Source: Eledone cirrhosa (taxonomy: Eukaryota). From it: a DNA stretch of 64,000 nucleotides. Of the stretch, positions 48,066 through 59,675 are shown one piece after another. How positions within the stretch are numbered: the stretch's first letter is position 1; every line of letters starts with the position of its first letter. The DNA lies in assembly GCA_964016885.1 (NCBI GenBank), contig OZ024741.1:154504001-154568000 (forward strand), read 5' to 3'. Below the pieces are notes generated by a model. It was given only the letters and a program-made list of their open reading frames with translations, was not told where the DNA came from and searched no databases. The position numbers and the translations under genes were made by a program.

Positions 48066-49600
48066 TTAATTGTAAGTTGTGATGTTGCTGTTCCGCTCAT
48101 ATTTTCTATTTAATTTTGGCTGTAATTCTTTTATGCTTACTGCCTCTGTAATTTCCCTAAACATTGCATCTTTTCTGTGTGTGGATTCTATTTTTATTTC
48201 TATGTTCTCTAATCTACCCCTGTGTTCTATCTTAGCATGTTGGTAGAGCACAGATGATTCTTTATTATCTTGAAGGTCTCGCCAGTGTTCATTTATTCGT
48301 TCCCCTATACTACGAGCTGTCTCACCTATGTACACTATATTTTTGTTTCTACATTGTCCTTCAATACATCTTATGCTATACACTACATTTCTAGTTTTAC
48401 AGTTAATATGGGGGCTTATTTTACAGGTTATACATTTCTTATCTATACATGAGGGTCTTTGGAACGGGTATGTCTTGCTAATAAGTGTTTTTACGGAGGT
48501 ACCTGGTCTTTCTACTATCTTAATATTGAGTTTATGTTTATTTAGGGCCCTTCTAAATTTGTAGGCTAGTTCGCCTCTAGGGGTTGTATTGATGAACATT
48601 ACACTCTGGTATATCATACCATGAGTTTATTCTATTGGCCTTGTTCCTAGTTCTTTCTATTCTATTCCAAAATTTTCTCCTATACAAGGGGCAGGTCCCA
48701 TTTATGTCATTATTTACCATTTTTTCTCATTTGGTTCTGGCTCCTTTATACACTCTGATTCTATCTCTCTGATTGTAGCCAGAGAACTGCATACGGTGGA
48801 TGAAGTGTTGTATGTGTCTCTCTAGTTCTTCGGGGTTGCACATGCGGGACACATTTCTCATCACCCGTACCAAATCCGCAATCAGTATGTTGATTTTGGT
48901 ATGGTCCGAAATGGCCGAGTTTCGGTGGATCAGATGTTTGGAAGTCATGGGTTTGGCATAATGGGAATGGAGGATTTGTTTTTGGTTGTTAATGGTATCT
49001 AACTAGAGCTCTGTGTCTAGTACAGGTAATCGATGGTTGGGGTGTCTACTTGGGTAGTTTATAGTAACTCTAATGCTCTGGTGGATGGAGTTTGCTATTT
49101 GCTGGATGCTTTCCATTGTGTTTTTCTCTAGTTCCTGACTGTTCTTTAGTGGGGGTGTCTTAACTACGATGTTTATATCATCTACGTAGCGGGAGTACAT
49201 TATCAGGGTTAAGCTGTCTTCTAATTGTTCTTTAAGTTTTTGTTTAAGTCTACTGTCCCGCCATACCATGAATAAGCTAGCTATGTCGCCTGCAATGCTA
49301 ACACCAATGGCTGCTCCTTCCTCTTGGGCATATGTTTTACCATTAAATTTGAACATATGTTCCTTAAGGGTTAATTTTATGCTGGCCCCTACCGCATGTG
49401 CAATCATTTTCTTCAGTTCATCATGGTTTTCGGGTGTCCGTATGGCTCTGGTCCACCCGTTCCATCTATCTGTGTGGGTTTTCTTGGCCATTGAGGTAAT
49501 GGTAGGTGGTCTGCCTCTTGCTGGTCTTGTAGGGCACAGGTTTCTAAGGTCATAAGTGTCTAGGTAACTATTACTATGGGTAAGCTTAAGTAGAAGTCCC
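48066..49600 (-). pseudogene. 5'-truncated tandem copy of the PLE ORF
   Basis: Copy of 43998-45540 with an 8-bp deletion at ~48611 and Trp-to-stop changes at ~48727 and ~49003. Confidence 0.93.
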
Positions 49601-49920
49601 ACCAACACGGCCAGTCTGTGGAGCTAACATTGCTAGTAACTACAGACTGTCCTACTTCCTCTCCCTGATCATACGCCCCATCATTGAGATGTCCCCAGAT
49701 GTATGTGACAGCACGGAGGACCTCCTCAGCAGAATCGGCGCGGGTAACCGATCTGGGGACCTAACAAACTGCATAATAGGCAGTATGGATGTTGTGTCCC
49801 TGTATCCATCTATTGACGTGGATTTTGCTGTGGAGAAATGCGTAGAAATGATCAGCGAGAGAAGGTTGAGTTCCGTGGGATTGATACCAGTGAGCTGGGA
49901 CTTCTACTTAAGCTTACCCA
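49601..49920 (+). pseudogene. Inverted internal PLE RT segment
   Basis: Reverse complement of ~45518-45836 (PTRPVCG...GSMDVVSLYPSID). Confidence 0.93.
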
Positions 49921-50019
49921 CAAACTATGTGCGCAAACTGAGCACACAACACACACACAGAAACAAAATGGCGTAGGATAGAAGAAAGGAAAGGCACAGA
50001 AACAAAGAAAGGAATCCCC

Positions 50020-50064
50020 AGTCACTGAAGAGGTCACAGAGTGTGTGACGAAAGGACTATGACT
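50020..50064 (+). ncRNA. Minimal type I hammerhead ribozyme (copy 3, inverted repeat)
   Basis: agtcactgaagaggtcacagagtgtgtgacgaaaggactatgact. Confidence 0.88.
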
Positions 50065-50602
50065 ATATATAAACAACTATCTGGTTGTGGAACCAACCAA
50101 CCAACCAGAAATTTATAAGTTTGTAGATTTGTAAATTTATAAATTTATAAATATATAATAAATTGAAGTGAAAGCAACTGGTGCGTGTGTTTCTTATTGG
50201 CAACATGACCCTCCCAAAGTATAACAATATATATATATATATAGTTATGCATAACTAATAAGCTCTGTAACCTACATAGTGCACTCTTTTTTCCTGGACC
50301 GTTCCGACGGAATTACTTCATTTACACCTATATATATATATATATATATATTAACTTTTACAAGTATTTCAAAGTATTTCAAGAAAAAGATCCAAATATT
50401 TCATTTTGTTTTGTAAGATTCTTGTGTGAAATTGTGTGTTGAAAAAGATACTACCATACTTTGGGAGGATAATATTACCAGTCACACACACTAGTTGAAT
50501 TTCACTTCAGTTTTTCTCACAAGAGAAAATTAAATGGAGTAACTGAAGCCAAGTGGAAATGAGGAGAAAAAAAGGCCAATAAATAATAAACACGGGATTT
50601 AA

Positions 50603-50817
50603 CCCTTTAGCATTACTCTATATTTACTATTATATTTTCATGGTAAAGGCTTTACCTCACATAATTATCTCATATAATATCAAATCTATGAGATTTTGAT
50701 GTTATTTATTTTGAGAACAATACCTTAATATTGGTATGATCGGCTGATTATGGCTGGTTTGAACAGAAAGAGATGAGAGAATTCTAGCCAGATACGGCTG
50801 GTTTAAATGCTTAAGAT
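50603..50817 (-). mobile_element. piggyBac-type MITE
   Basis: TTAA on both sides; ccctttagcatt terminus; reverse complement of 16428-16648. Confidence 0.8.
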
Positions 50818-51109
50818 TTAATGAAAGAGAAAAGTTTTAGCTAATTTGAAAGTATTATTGAAAATAATATTGTATCTGTTATACTTTGGAAGGGCCAATT
50901 GAGTTTCATTGAGGTCACCAAATGTATCATGAGATTTGACAATTAAATAATTTGTTAGGTACATTAATCGATAAATGGATTAGTTACCTGAATAATAATA
51001 AAAACAACCCCAAAAACTCAATTGGCCCTCTCAAAGTATAACAGATAGAATATTATTTTCAATAACACTTTCAAATTAATCAAAACTTTTCTTTCATTAA
51101 ATCCTGTGT

Positions 51110-51298
51110 GTGGATTGGCAGAATCGGTAGACAGTCGGACGCCATGCTTTGACGCATAGAGTTACGTCCCTTGCCATTCTGAGTTCAAATCCCGCCAAGG
51201 TTAACTTTGCCTTTCATCCTCACGGGGTCGATAAAATAAAGTACCAGTAATGCACTGGGATAATTGCTGGCCTTGTGCCAAAAGTAGAAACAATTATT
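51110..51298 (+). mobile_element. SINE family A, full length
   Basis: Matches 35894-36079. Confidence 0.9.
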
Positions 51299-52021
51299 TA
51301 ATAATAATATATTTGTACAATTGAAATATGAAATATACTATTTATATTCAGGGCATATTATGCAACATATTATTTATATTAAGTATATATATATGTAACA
51401 AAGTACATGAGAGACCTTAATGCTATAAACATTCTAAAAAAAATTATGAAAACTAACTTTTCAAGAAAAACCCAATACTTTGGTTCTATCAAACCCAATA
51501 TAAATATACTTCTGATATATTTATAGCTACTTTTCAACAAGGAAAATGCCAGGTATTCTGCTAGTATAGGACCCCCATGAAGAATTCAATGTAGGGTAGA
51601 GAAGAACACAGGTGGTGTGGCGTAGGGGAGAGAGACACGTGATAAGGTGTAGCGGGACAGAGAATAGAGGAGGTGCAGTGTAGTGGTGGGTGAGGAATTT
51701 GGAAGAAATCAATGAATTGGGCGATGACAGCAAAGCTTTGAGAAAATTTGGTAGTCATAGTCTGATAAAGACGTGAGTGTATGTGTATATAATAGCATAG
51801 AATAGATAGATGAACGAATAGAATATATATATATATATACACACACACACATATACATATACACATATACATATATATATATATATATACACACACATAT
51901 ACATATACACATATACATATATATATATACACACACACATATACACATATACATATATATACTAATATATACATATATACACTAATATATACATACATAT
52001 ATATATATACACATATATATA

Positions 52022-52067
<46 letters not shown>

Positions 52068-52136
52068 TACATATATATACCAATATATATATCCACACAT
52101 ATACATATACACATATACATACATATATATACCTAT

Positions 52137-52168
<32 letters not shown>

Positions 52169-52824
52169 TGTAGGTAGAGAAATCATATAAGAACGAGGAA
52201 AAGATGATGATGAAACTAATAATATGATAATAACAATTAAGAGGAAATATGTATGGTCGAAGAAAAGAGAATTTATTTGATAACAATATTAAAGAAAAAA
52301 ATTAAACACACACCAACAGGCACACATACGCGGAGTTAGATAGAGAGACGTGACAGAGAGAGGTAGTGTATGTATGACAGAGGAGGGAGTAAATAAGGAG
52401 AACTAGAGACTTTGTTGAGGAAGATATGCGAGTTAAAAGGTATGGAGCAAGAGATGAGACAATGTGACTCTTTTTCTGGTCAGGAACAAGAATAGAGTGG
52501 AGTAACATAACGCAGAGTAGAGAAGAATTAGAGTGGAGTAGAGTAGAGTAGAGATAGAGCAGAGTGGAGTTGATAATTTTTGCGGATAAGCTTTGGATGT
52601 TTATGAAAGCAAATAGCAAGTGTTTTTTCAAGAGGAGATAACTCTGTCTTCTTTACTGAATTTATTTAGAGAAAAAAAGAACAAAAACTGGGAGAGAGAA
52701 GCAAAAAATATTAGAGAGGGGGTGAGAGAGACAAGTATATACATACATACACACACACACATATATATATATAGAGAGAGAGGAGGAGAAAGTGAGAAAG
52801 AAAGAGAGAGAGGGGGAAGAGAGT

Positions 52825-52920
<96 letters not shown>

Positions 52921-53229
52921 GGAGGGAGTGGAGAAAGAGAGAGAGAGAGTGATAGACTGAGAGAGGGAGGGAGATATAAAGAGAAAGATAAAGAGATAGA
53001 GAGAGAGATTGAGAAAGAGAAAGAGAGGGGAATCTATACTATACATTTCCATGGTACACAGTGCTGCCGCTTCTACGCAAGTTGTGGAAGATAGGTGAGT
53101 AAAACGTACAAGTGATTTTTATTTTTAATTTAATGTAACAATAATTAATTAATTAACAGATCAGCCTAGCCTTCCCCCTGGCTCTCATTATTGTTGTTGT
53201 TGTTTTATTATTGTTCTTCTTGATTCTTA

Positions 53230-53332
53230 TATCTATCAACCAAATCCACCTCCACCACCACCACCATGACCACTACCACAACCAACACCACCAGGACCAC
53301 CACCGCCGCGGCTGCTGCTGCTGCTGCTGCTG

Positions 53333-53383
<51 letters not shown>

Positions 53384-54755
53384 TTCGGTCTCTGTACCCA
53401 CCTCTAACTCACCAACACCACCACAACCATCACCACCAACACTACATCCACACCACCACCAATACAACCCACCAACAACACCACCACAACCACTGCCACC
53501 ACACCACTAACAGTGGCACAGCAACAACACCACCCCCACTACATCACACTACCATCACAACTACACCAATAACACCACTACCATCTCCACAACATCTAAC
53601 AACAGTATGCCACCACCACCCATACAAACAACATTACAACCACCACCACTACCACCATACCACAAACAAAATCACATTACCACCATAACACCAACACTAC
53701 ACCAGTAACACAACTAACACCTCCAAATCCCCACCACCATCATCATGACACCACTAACAAAATCCCACCCCTACCCCACTAACAACAGTGCACTACCACC
53801 ACCACTACACAACTAAAACTACCACACCACCACTACCACCACCACTACCACCACCACCACTACACAACTAAAACTACCACAACACCACCACCACTACACA
53901 ACACAAACTACCACACCACCACCACCACCACTACACAACTAAAACTACCACAACACCACCACCACTACACAACACAAACTACCACACCACCACCACCACC
54001 ACTACACAACTAAAACTACCACAACACCACCACCACTACACAACACAAACTACCACACCACCACCACCACCACTACACAACTAAAACTACCACAACACCA
54101 CCACCACTACACAACACAAACTACCACACCACCACCACCACCACTACACAACTAAAACTACCACAACACCACTACCACCACCACTACACAACTAAAACTA
54201 CAACACCACCACCACTACACAACACAAACTACCACACCAGCACCACTACACAACAAAACTACCACAACACCACCACCGACCACCACCACCACCACCACCA
54301 CAGGCACCACCACCACCACCACCACCACCACCACCACCTCCACCACCATCATCAACATCACCACCACAGGCACCACCACCACCACCACCACCACAGGCAC
54401 CACCACCACCACCACCACCACCTCCACCACCATCAACATCACCACCATCACCACCACCACCACCACCACCACCACCACCACCACCACCACCACCTCCACC
54501 ACCATCATCAACATCACCACCACCACCACCATATCCACCACCACCACCACCACCACCACCACCACCACCACCACCACCACCACAGGCACCACCACCACAG
54601 GCACCACCACCACCACCACCACCACCTCCACCACCATCATCAACATCACCACCATCACCACCACCACCGCCACCACCACCACCACCTCCACCACCATCAT
54701 CAACATCACCACCACCACCACCATATCTACCACCACCACCACCACCACCATCATC
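53230..54755. repeat. (CAC)/(TAC)/(TGC) low-complexity tract with ~71-bp minisatellite
   Basis: Recurring accacaacaccaccaccactacacaacacaaact...actaaaact units and long CAC runs. Confidence 0.9.
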
Positions 54756-55005
54756 TCTACTACTCAATGTATCTTCAAACTCAGGATGATAAAGAAAACG
54801 CACTTTGTACAATTTATATACAATTGCACATGCGGTGTGGGTATGTATATTTGTGTATGTGTGTGTGTATGTATGTATGTATGCATGCATGAATGTATGC
54901 GTATATATGTGTCTATGTATGTAGGCACGTGTGTATGTATGCATTTTTGTATATATGCATGTTGTTTATGTGTATGCATGTATATATGTGTGTGCACATT
55001 ACATG

Positions 55006-55039
<34 letters not shown>

Positions 55040-55147
55040 TATGTAAGTATATATATATATTATCAACATTATCACAGTTTTACACCAGTTTTCCAGTCTG
55101 GAGGGGTTGTCATGTTTTGTGACCAGTCAGATGACCATGTTTTGCTT

Positions 55148-55725
55148 TGTATAAAAAAGTGCAGGGCGATCAAAATAGACAGTAGCTACGGAGTAGGAAG
55201 ACCCAGAAAAACCTGGGACGACTTGATAAAATCCGACCTCACACACTTACACCTCTCCAAGACAATGTCACTGGACCGAGATCTTTGGCGCTACGCAGTA
55301 ATACAGAAGACCCGCCTTGCCTAAGTACAAAGCGAAACCTACAGTCAGTAGGCACCTCCTAACCAAAATACACCCCCGTCCCACTAATCCTACCCCCACC
55401 GCCATCTACACCACCCCTTTCGATGTAAAGCTATGTTGGTACCACAACATCCAGTCCTAAATAAATGAGCTCATGTAGGTGTCACGACAAAAAAACACAG
55501 TCCACGCTGTAATGTGGCCGTGTAGGTAACCCGGTAAAAACCTCCCAGTCCACACTGAAAACGTGGTAGGTGTTAGGAAGGGGATCCAGCCATAGAAAAC
55601 CCGCCAGACAGTCCTGAGCAAGACAACCAATCTTGCCTCAAGTGGGACAATTCTCGTCCAGACCTATGCTAGCGTGGAAAATGGATGTTAAACGATGATG
55701 ATGATGATAATGATGATGATGATGA
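55148..55725 (+). mobile_element. RTE LINE 3' fragment and UTR
   Basis: CIKKCRAIKIDSSYGVGRPRKTWDDLIK, (GAT)n tail; related UTR copies at ~55795-55961 and ~57880-58350. Confidence 0.85.
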
Positions 55726-56435
55726 TATATATATATATACATACATGAAGTGATACACCCTCCATATATATATATATATATATATATCACTGACTGTCAA
55801 TGTGGTTGGCGTTAGGAAGGGCATCCAGCCATAGAAAACCAGCCAGAAACACCCCTATATGAGCAAGACACGGTCACTCAACCCAACTTGCCTCTAAATG
55901 GGACCCGTCTAACCCATGCTGGCATGGAAGATAGACGTTAATCGATGAAGATGATGATGATCTATAAACTATATGCACCCCTTAAGTAAACTGAGTATAC
56001 CCACCCTACATGTAAACAAAGTGCATCCATCCGGCATATAAATAGAGTACACTCACCCCACATTCAAATAGAGTACATGCACCCTACAGGTAGAAAACAA
56101 TATACAGGTAATCAATATAAAGGTGAATATAATGAAGAGGAAAGTAAAGAAAACAAAACTCAGTCAAGTGAAACCAGGTGAGTGATTCTGATCGTAAATT
56201 GGCTAAGAAAGTACTTTGTAGTGAGATCAATATCATTGTATTGATTTTACACATTGACAAATACATACACATATTAAAACGCACAAACACACAAACACAA
56301 ACATATATATATATATGTGATAGTGATGGACAGGAGAAAGAGTACTCAATACCAAAGTATAATTAAAGTATTCTTTAGTATGGCTAAGTGGTGAGTCTTG
56401 TTACTCTGGAGTTTCCCCTGTATAATCAGAGGATC

Positions 56436-56478
56436 GTCTGATGATCTTGCGAGTGTACTGGTGAAACTCAAGAGTAAC
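56436..56478 (+). ncRNA. Type I hammerhead motif inside inverted repeat 56369-56509
   Basis: GT-CTGATGA-tct-TGC-gagt-GTA-ctggt-GAAA-CTC-aa-GAG-TA-AC; the left arm repeats the GAAA..GTA half on the minus strand. Confidence 0.6.
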
Positions 56479-56569
56479 AAGAATCATCACTTTGCCATAA
56501 TAAAGAATATATATATATGCAGATTCCGCTCTGCCCGTCCCCTCAATCTTTCTTATTTCTCATCCCTTC

Positions 56570-56601
56570 TTCTGATGAAGGATTAGCGCCTGAAACGTTA
56601 A
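56570..56601 (+). ncRNA. Minimal hammerhead motif (same family as 40293/40504)
   Basis: TT-CTGATGA-AGG-attagcg-CCT-GAAA-CG-TT-AA, followed by cctgctatttcaagc shared with 40481-40495. Confidence 0.7.
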
Positions 56602-56707
56602 CACCCTCTTCCTGCTATTTCAAGCGTTACACTCATTCGGAAAGAACAGACACACATAAAAGTAGTTAGAGAAGGTTAGGGAAGGAATATATATATATAC
56701 ATATATA

Positions 56708-57081
56708 CGAGGGCAATCCCAAAAGTAAGGTCTCCTTCCGATATTGCAACTTTTCCGTTAAAATCCTGTGGATGGTGCTTCGGGAAACCTCAGGAACCAA
56801 AATGCAGAGAACATCCAGAGTGATCTGCCGATCTTTACACATGTTTTCCTCGGAAGGAGACCTTACTTTTGGGATTGCCCTCTATATAATAACTGCGCGA
56901 AATTCGCACTTGGCAGTAGCGTTCAACGGCTGCCAAGCCAAGATTGAGCATCCCAGTGAAGCATGCGCATGCTTGTTTGGGAGTGAAGGAAGCACCAATC
57001 ACAACAGTGTTGCCAGCAGCCGTACAAACAGTTTCTCTGCGTCCCCATCGCTTCGGAGACCTTACTTTTGGGATTACCCTC

Positions 57082-57082
<1 letters not shown>
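56708..57082 (-). mobile_element. Internally deleted mariner derivative with three TIR copies
   Basis: TIR cgagggcaatcccaaaagtaaggtctcc at 56708, inverted at ~56856-56883 and 57055-57082; TA flanks; minus reads AKCEFRAVI and DRQITLD..VSRSTIHRILTEKLQYRK. Confidence 0.8.
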
Positions 57083-57119
<37 letters not shown>

Positions 57120-57143
57120 TCACAGTGGAACCTCGGTTCACGA

Positions 57144-57424
57144 ACAATTTTTATGAACATAAAATGCCTTGGTTGACAAATGGTATCTCAAGTAAGGTAC
57201 ACAGCATGGCAGCAAGCTGGGAGTATCGGTAGGAAGACATCACTTGCTGAGTAGTTAGTTACAATGGTGATATCTATCTGTCTTTCACACATAGATATCA
57301 CCATTGTAACTAACTACTCAGCAAGTGATGTCTTCCTACCGATACTCCCAGCTTGCTGCCATGCTGTGTACCTTACTTGAGATACCATTTGTCAACCAAG
57401 GCATTTTATGTTCATAAAAATTGT
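57144..57424. repeat. Perfect 134-bp-arm hairpin with 13-nt loop
   Basis: 57144-57277 is the exact reverse complement of 57291-57424. Confidence 0.95.
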
Positions 57425-57752
57425 ATTTGTCCCCTTCTTTTGTGCCCCTGTGGCTAATAAAGAAATATATTTGTCTTTCACACATAATCTCTCTCTTACT
57501 GTATTTCTCTCTGAACATTTTGTATGGGAAAAATAGTTTCAGTTTACAACATTTTGGATGACAAATGATGTCATATTATAGTGAAAGTAGAGAATCAATT
57601 GTGAGCTCGATGGTTTTGGCTAGTAACTAGCCGAAGCCACCAAGCTCATGGTCGAACCTCTATTTACACTAATATATCCACTCTGCATCATACCATGTAT
57701 TAAGTACTTCTCTGATTTCTGGTCTTCCCGGTCTCTGTACCACAGACTATCC

Positions 57753-57880
<128 letters not shown>

Positions 57881-58347
57881 CAAAATACACCCCGTCCCGC
57901 CACCACCCCCACCCCATCCACACCACCCCGTTCTATGTAAAGTTATGTTGGTGCCGCGCCATCCAGGCCGAAACAAATGAGATCGTGTAGGTGTCACGAC
58001 AAAAAAACACACAGTCCACGCTGTAATGTGGCCGTGTAGGCAACACGGTAAAAACCTTCCAGACCCACACTGTAAATGTGGTTGGTGCTAGGAAGGGCAT
58101 CCAGCTGTAGAAAACCTGCCAGACAGTCCACGCTGTAATGTGGCCGTGTAGGCAACACGGTAAAAACCTTCCAGACCCACACTGTAAATGTGGTTGGTGC
58201 TAGGAAGGGCATCCAACTGTAGAAAACCGGCCAGACAGCCCTATGCGAGCAAGACAATCACTCTTGCCTCAAGTGGGACTACCCCCGTCCAAACCCATGC
58301 AAACGTGGAACACGGACGTTAAACGTTGATGATGATGATGATGATGA

Positions 58348-58390
<43 letters not shown>

Positions 58391-58399
58391 TATATATAC

Positions 58400-58472
<73 letters not shown>

Positions 58473-58491
58473 CATATATATATATGTATAC

Positions 58492-58560
<69 letters not shown>

Positions 58561-58637
58561 ACGCAGGAAATGTGGTAAGGAACCAGGTGGACCATAACGC
58601 ACCAAAGTACTCAATACTTAGGGTAGTAGAGTGGGTA

Positions 58638-58759
58638 ATAGGAACGAGTAGGACCCCGACGGCTGAGCTCAAGCCGTACCAACGGCTAATTCTGGACTAA
58701 ATTAGTCCTGAATTAGCCGTCGAAACGGCTTGAGCTCAGCCGTCGGGGTCCTACTCGTT

Positions 58760-58764
<5 letters not shown>
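58638..58764. repeat. GC-rich nested palindrome containing a hammerhead 3' half
   Basis: Right arm ..GAATTAGCCGT-c-GAAA-CGGCT-tgagctc-AGCCG-TC-ggggtc; no CTGANGA. Confidence 0.8.
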
Positions 58765-58822
<58 letters not shown>

Positions 58823-59261
58823 ATTGTGTGCGTGTGTGTGTGTATAAATCAATAGATGTATATATATGTATGTGTGTGTGTGTGTGTATATATATGTATA
58901 CTTATATACACGCATTACTGTTCTTTTTAATGGTGGGATTTATAGCCATTTGAGAACTTGATGTGGTGTAGATGTGAATATCCCATTGAAGCAAAATGAA
59001 ATCCATTTTTGTGGAATGATGATATATCATTATATGTCGTTCAGTATTCAGAAATACAAAGTGAGATATATAACGTTAAAAATTGAAAAAATTAGACAAG
59101 GTTCAGGAGTTAATTAATACATTTGTTGCCATCGTTTCAGGGGCAATATTATCTATGGCAGTTATTTTGCCCTCTGATGCAATCATAAAACAATGGATTA
59201 ATCCACTACTGCACCCCTGCACCCAGTCTTATACTTTCATTGTTTAACATTATATATATAT

Positions 59262-59415
59262 ATTGTTTCTACTTTAGGCACAAGGCCAGCAATTACCCAG
59301 AACATTACTGGTACTTCATTTTATCGACTCCTTTCATCCTTACGGGGTCGATAAAATGAAGTACCAATAATGCACTGGGTAATTGCTGGCCTCGTGCCTA
59401 AAGTAGAAACAATTA
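59262..59415. mobile_element. Inverted dimer of SINE family A 3' halves
   Basis: Two SINE-A tails pointing outward, joined at ~59330, within (TA)n. Confidence 0.85.
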
Positions 59416-59675
59416 TATATATATATATTAAACACGCACAAATATATACACATACATATATACATACATACTCACATATACATATAGATACATACATTCA
59501 AACACACACTAAGACTCACACATGATATGACGTGGCACATGTTTATATATATGTTTATACATATGCTCACACTCACATGCTCACACTCACACAGTCACAC
59601 ACACGGTTACATGCACACGGTCACACACATATAGTACATGACATATAACAGTGTACAAATCAAAACAAAGTATCC

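Larger units (their letters stand above)
43496..50230 (-). mobile_element. Penelope-like retroelement locus (Naiad-like): full unit, partial tandem copy and inverted 5' segment
   Basis: 4068-bp period direct repeat; terminal repeat at 43496-43997, 47564-48065 and inverted at ~49930-50230; (TA)n on both flanks. Confidence 0.96.

Noticed and set aside
43998-49005. Selenocysteine recoding, as known for some Naiad elements
   Set aside because: The full ORF has no in-frame TGA, and the stops in the truncated copy replace Trp codons, not Cys
51527-52660. Possible very old Penelope-like RT remnant on the minus strand
   Set aside because: Only a faint GSxxGS-like string, broken by microsatellites; insufficient evidence
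54215-54944. Gly-rich and Val-rich ORFs resembling structural proteins
   Set aside because: Translations of a (CAC)n tract whose start lies in a TG/TA microsatellite; no signal peptide or splice support
59045-59115. Possible next exon after the 56090-56177 candidate
   Set aside because: The frame closes after ~24 codons and there is no independent support
59128-59182. Hairpin with GAAAC on the minus strand
   Set aside because: No correctly placed CTGANGA core
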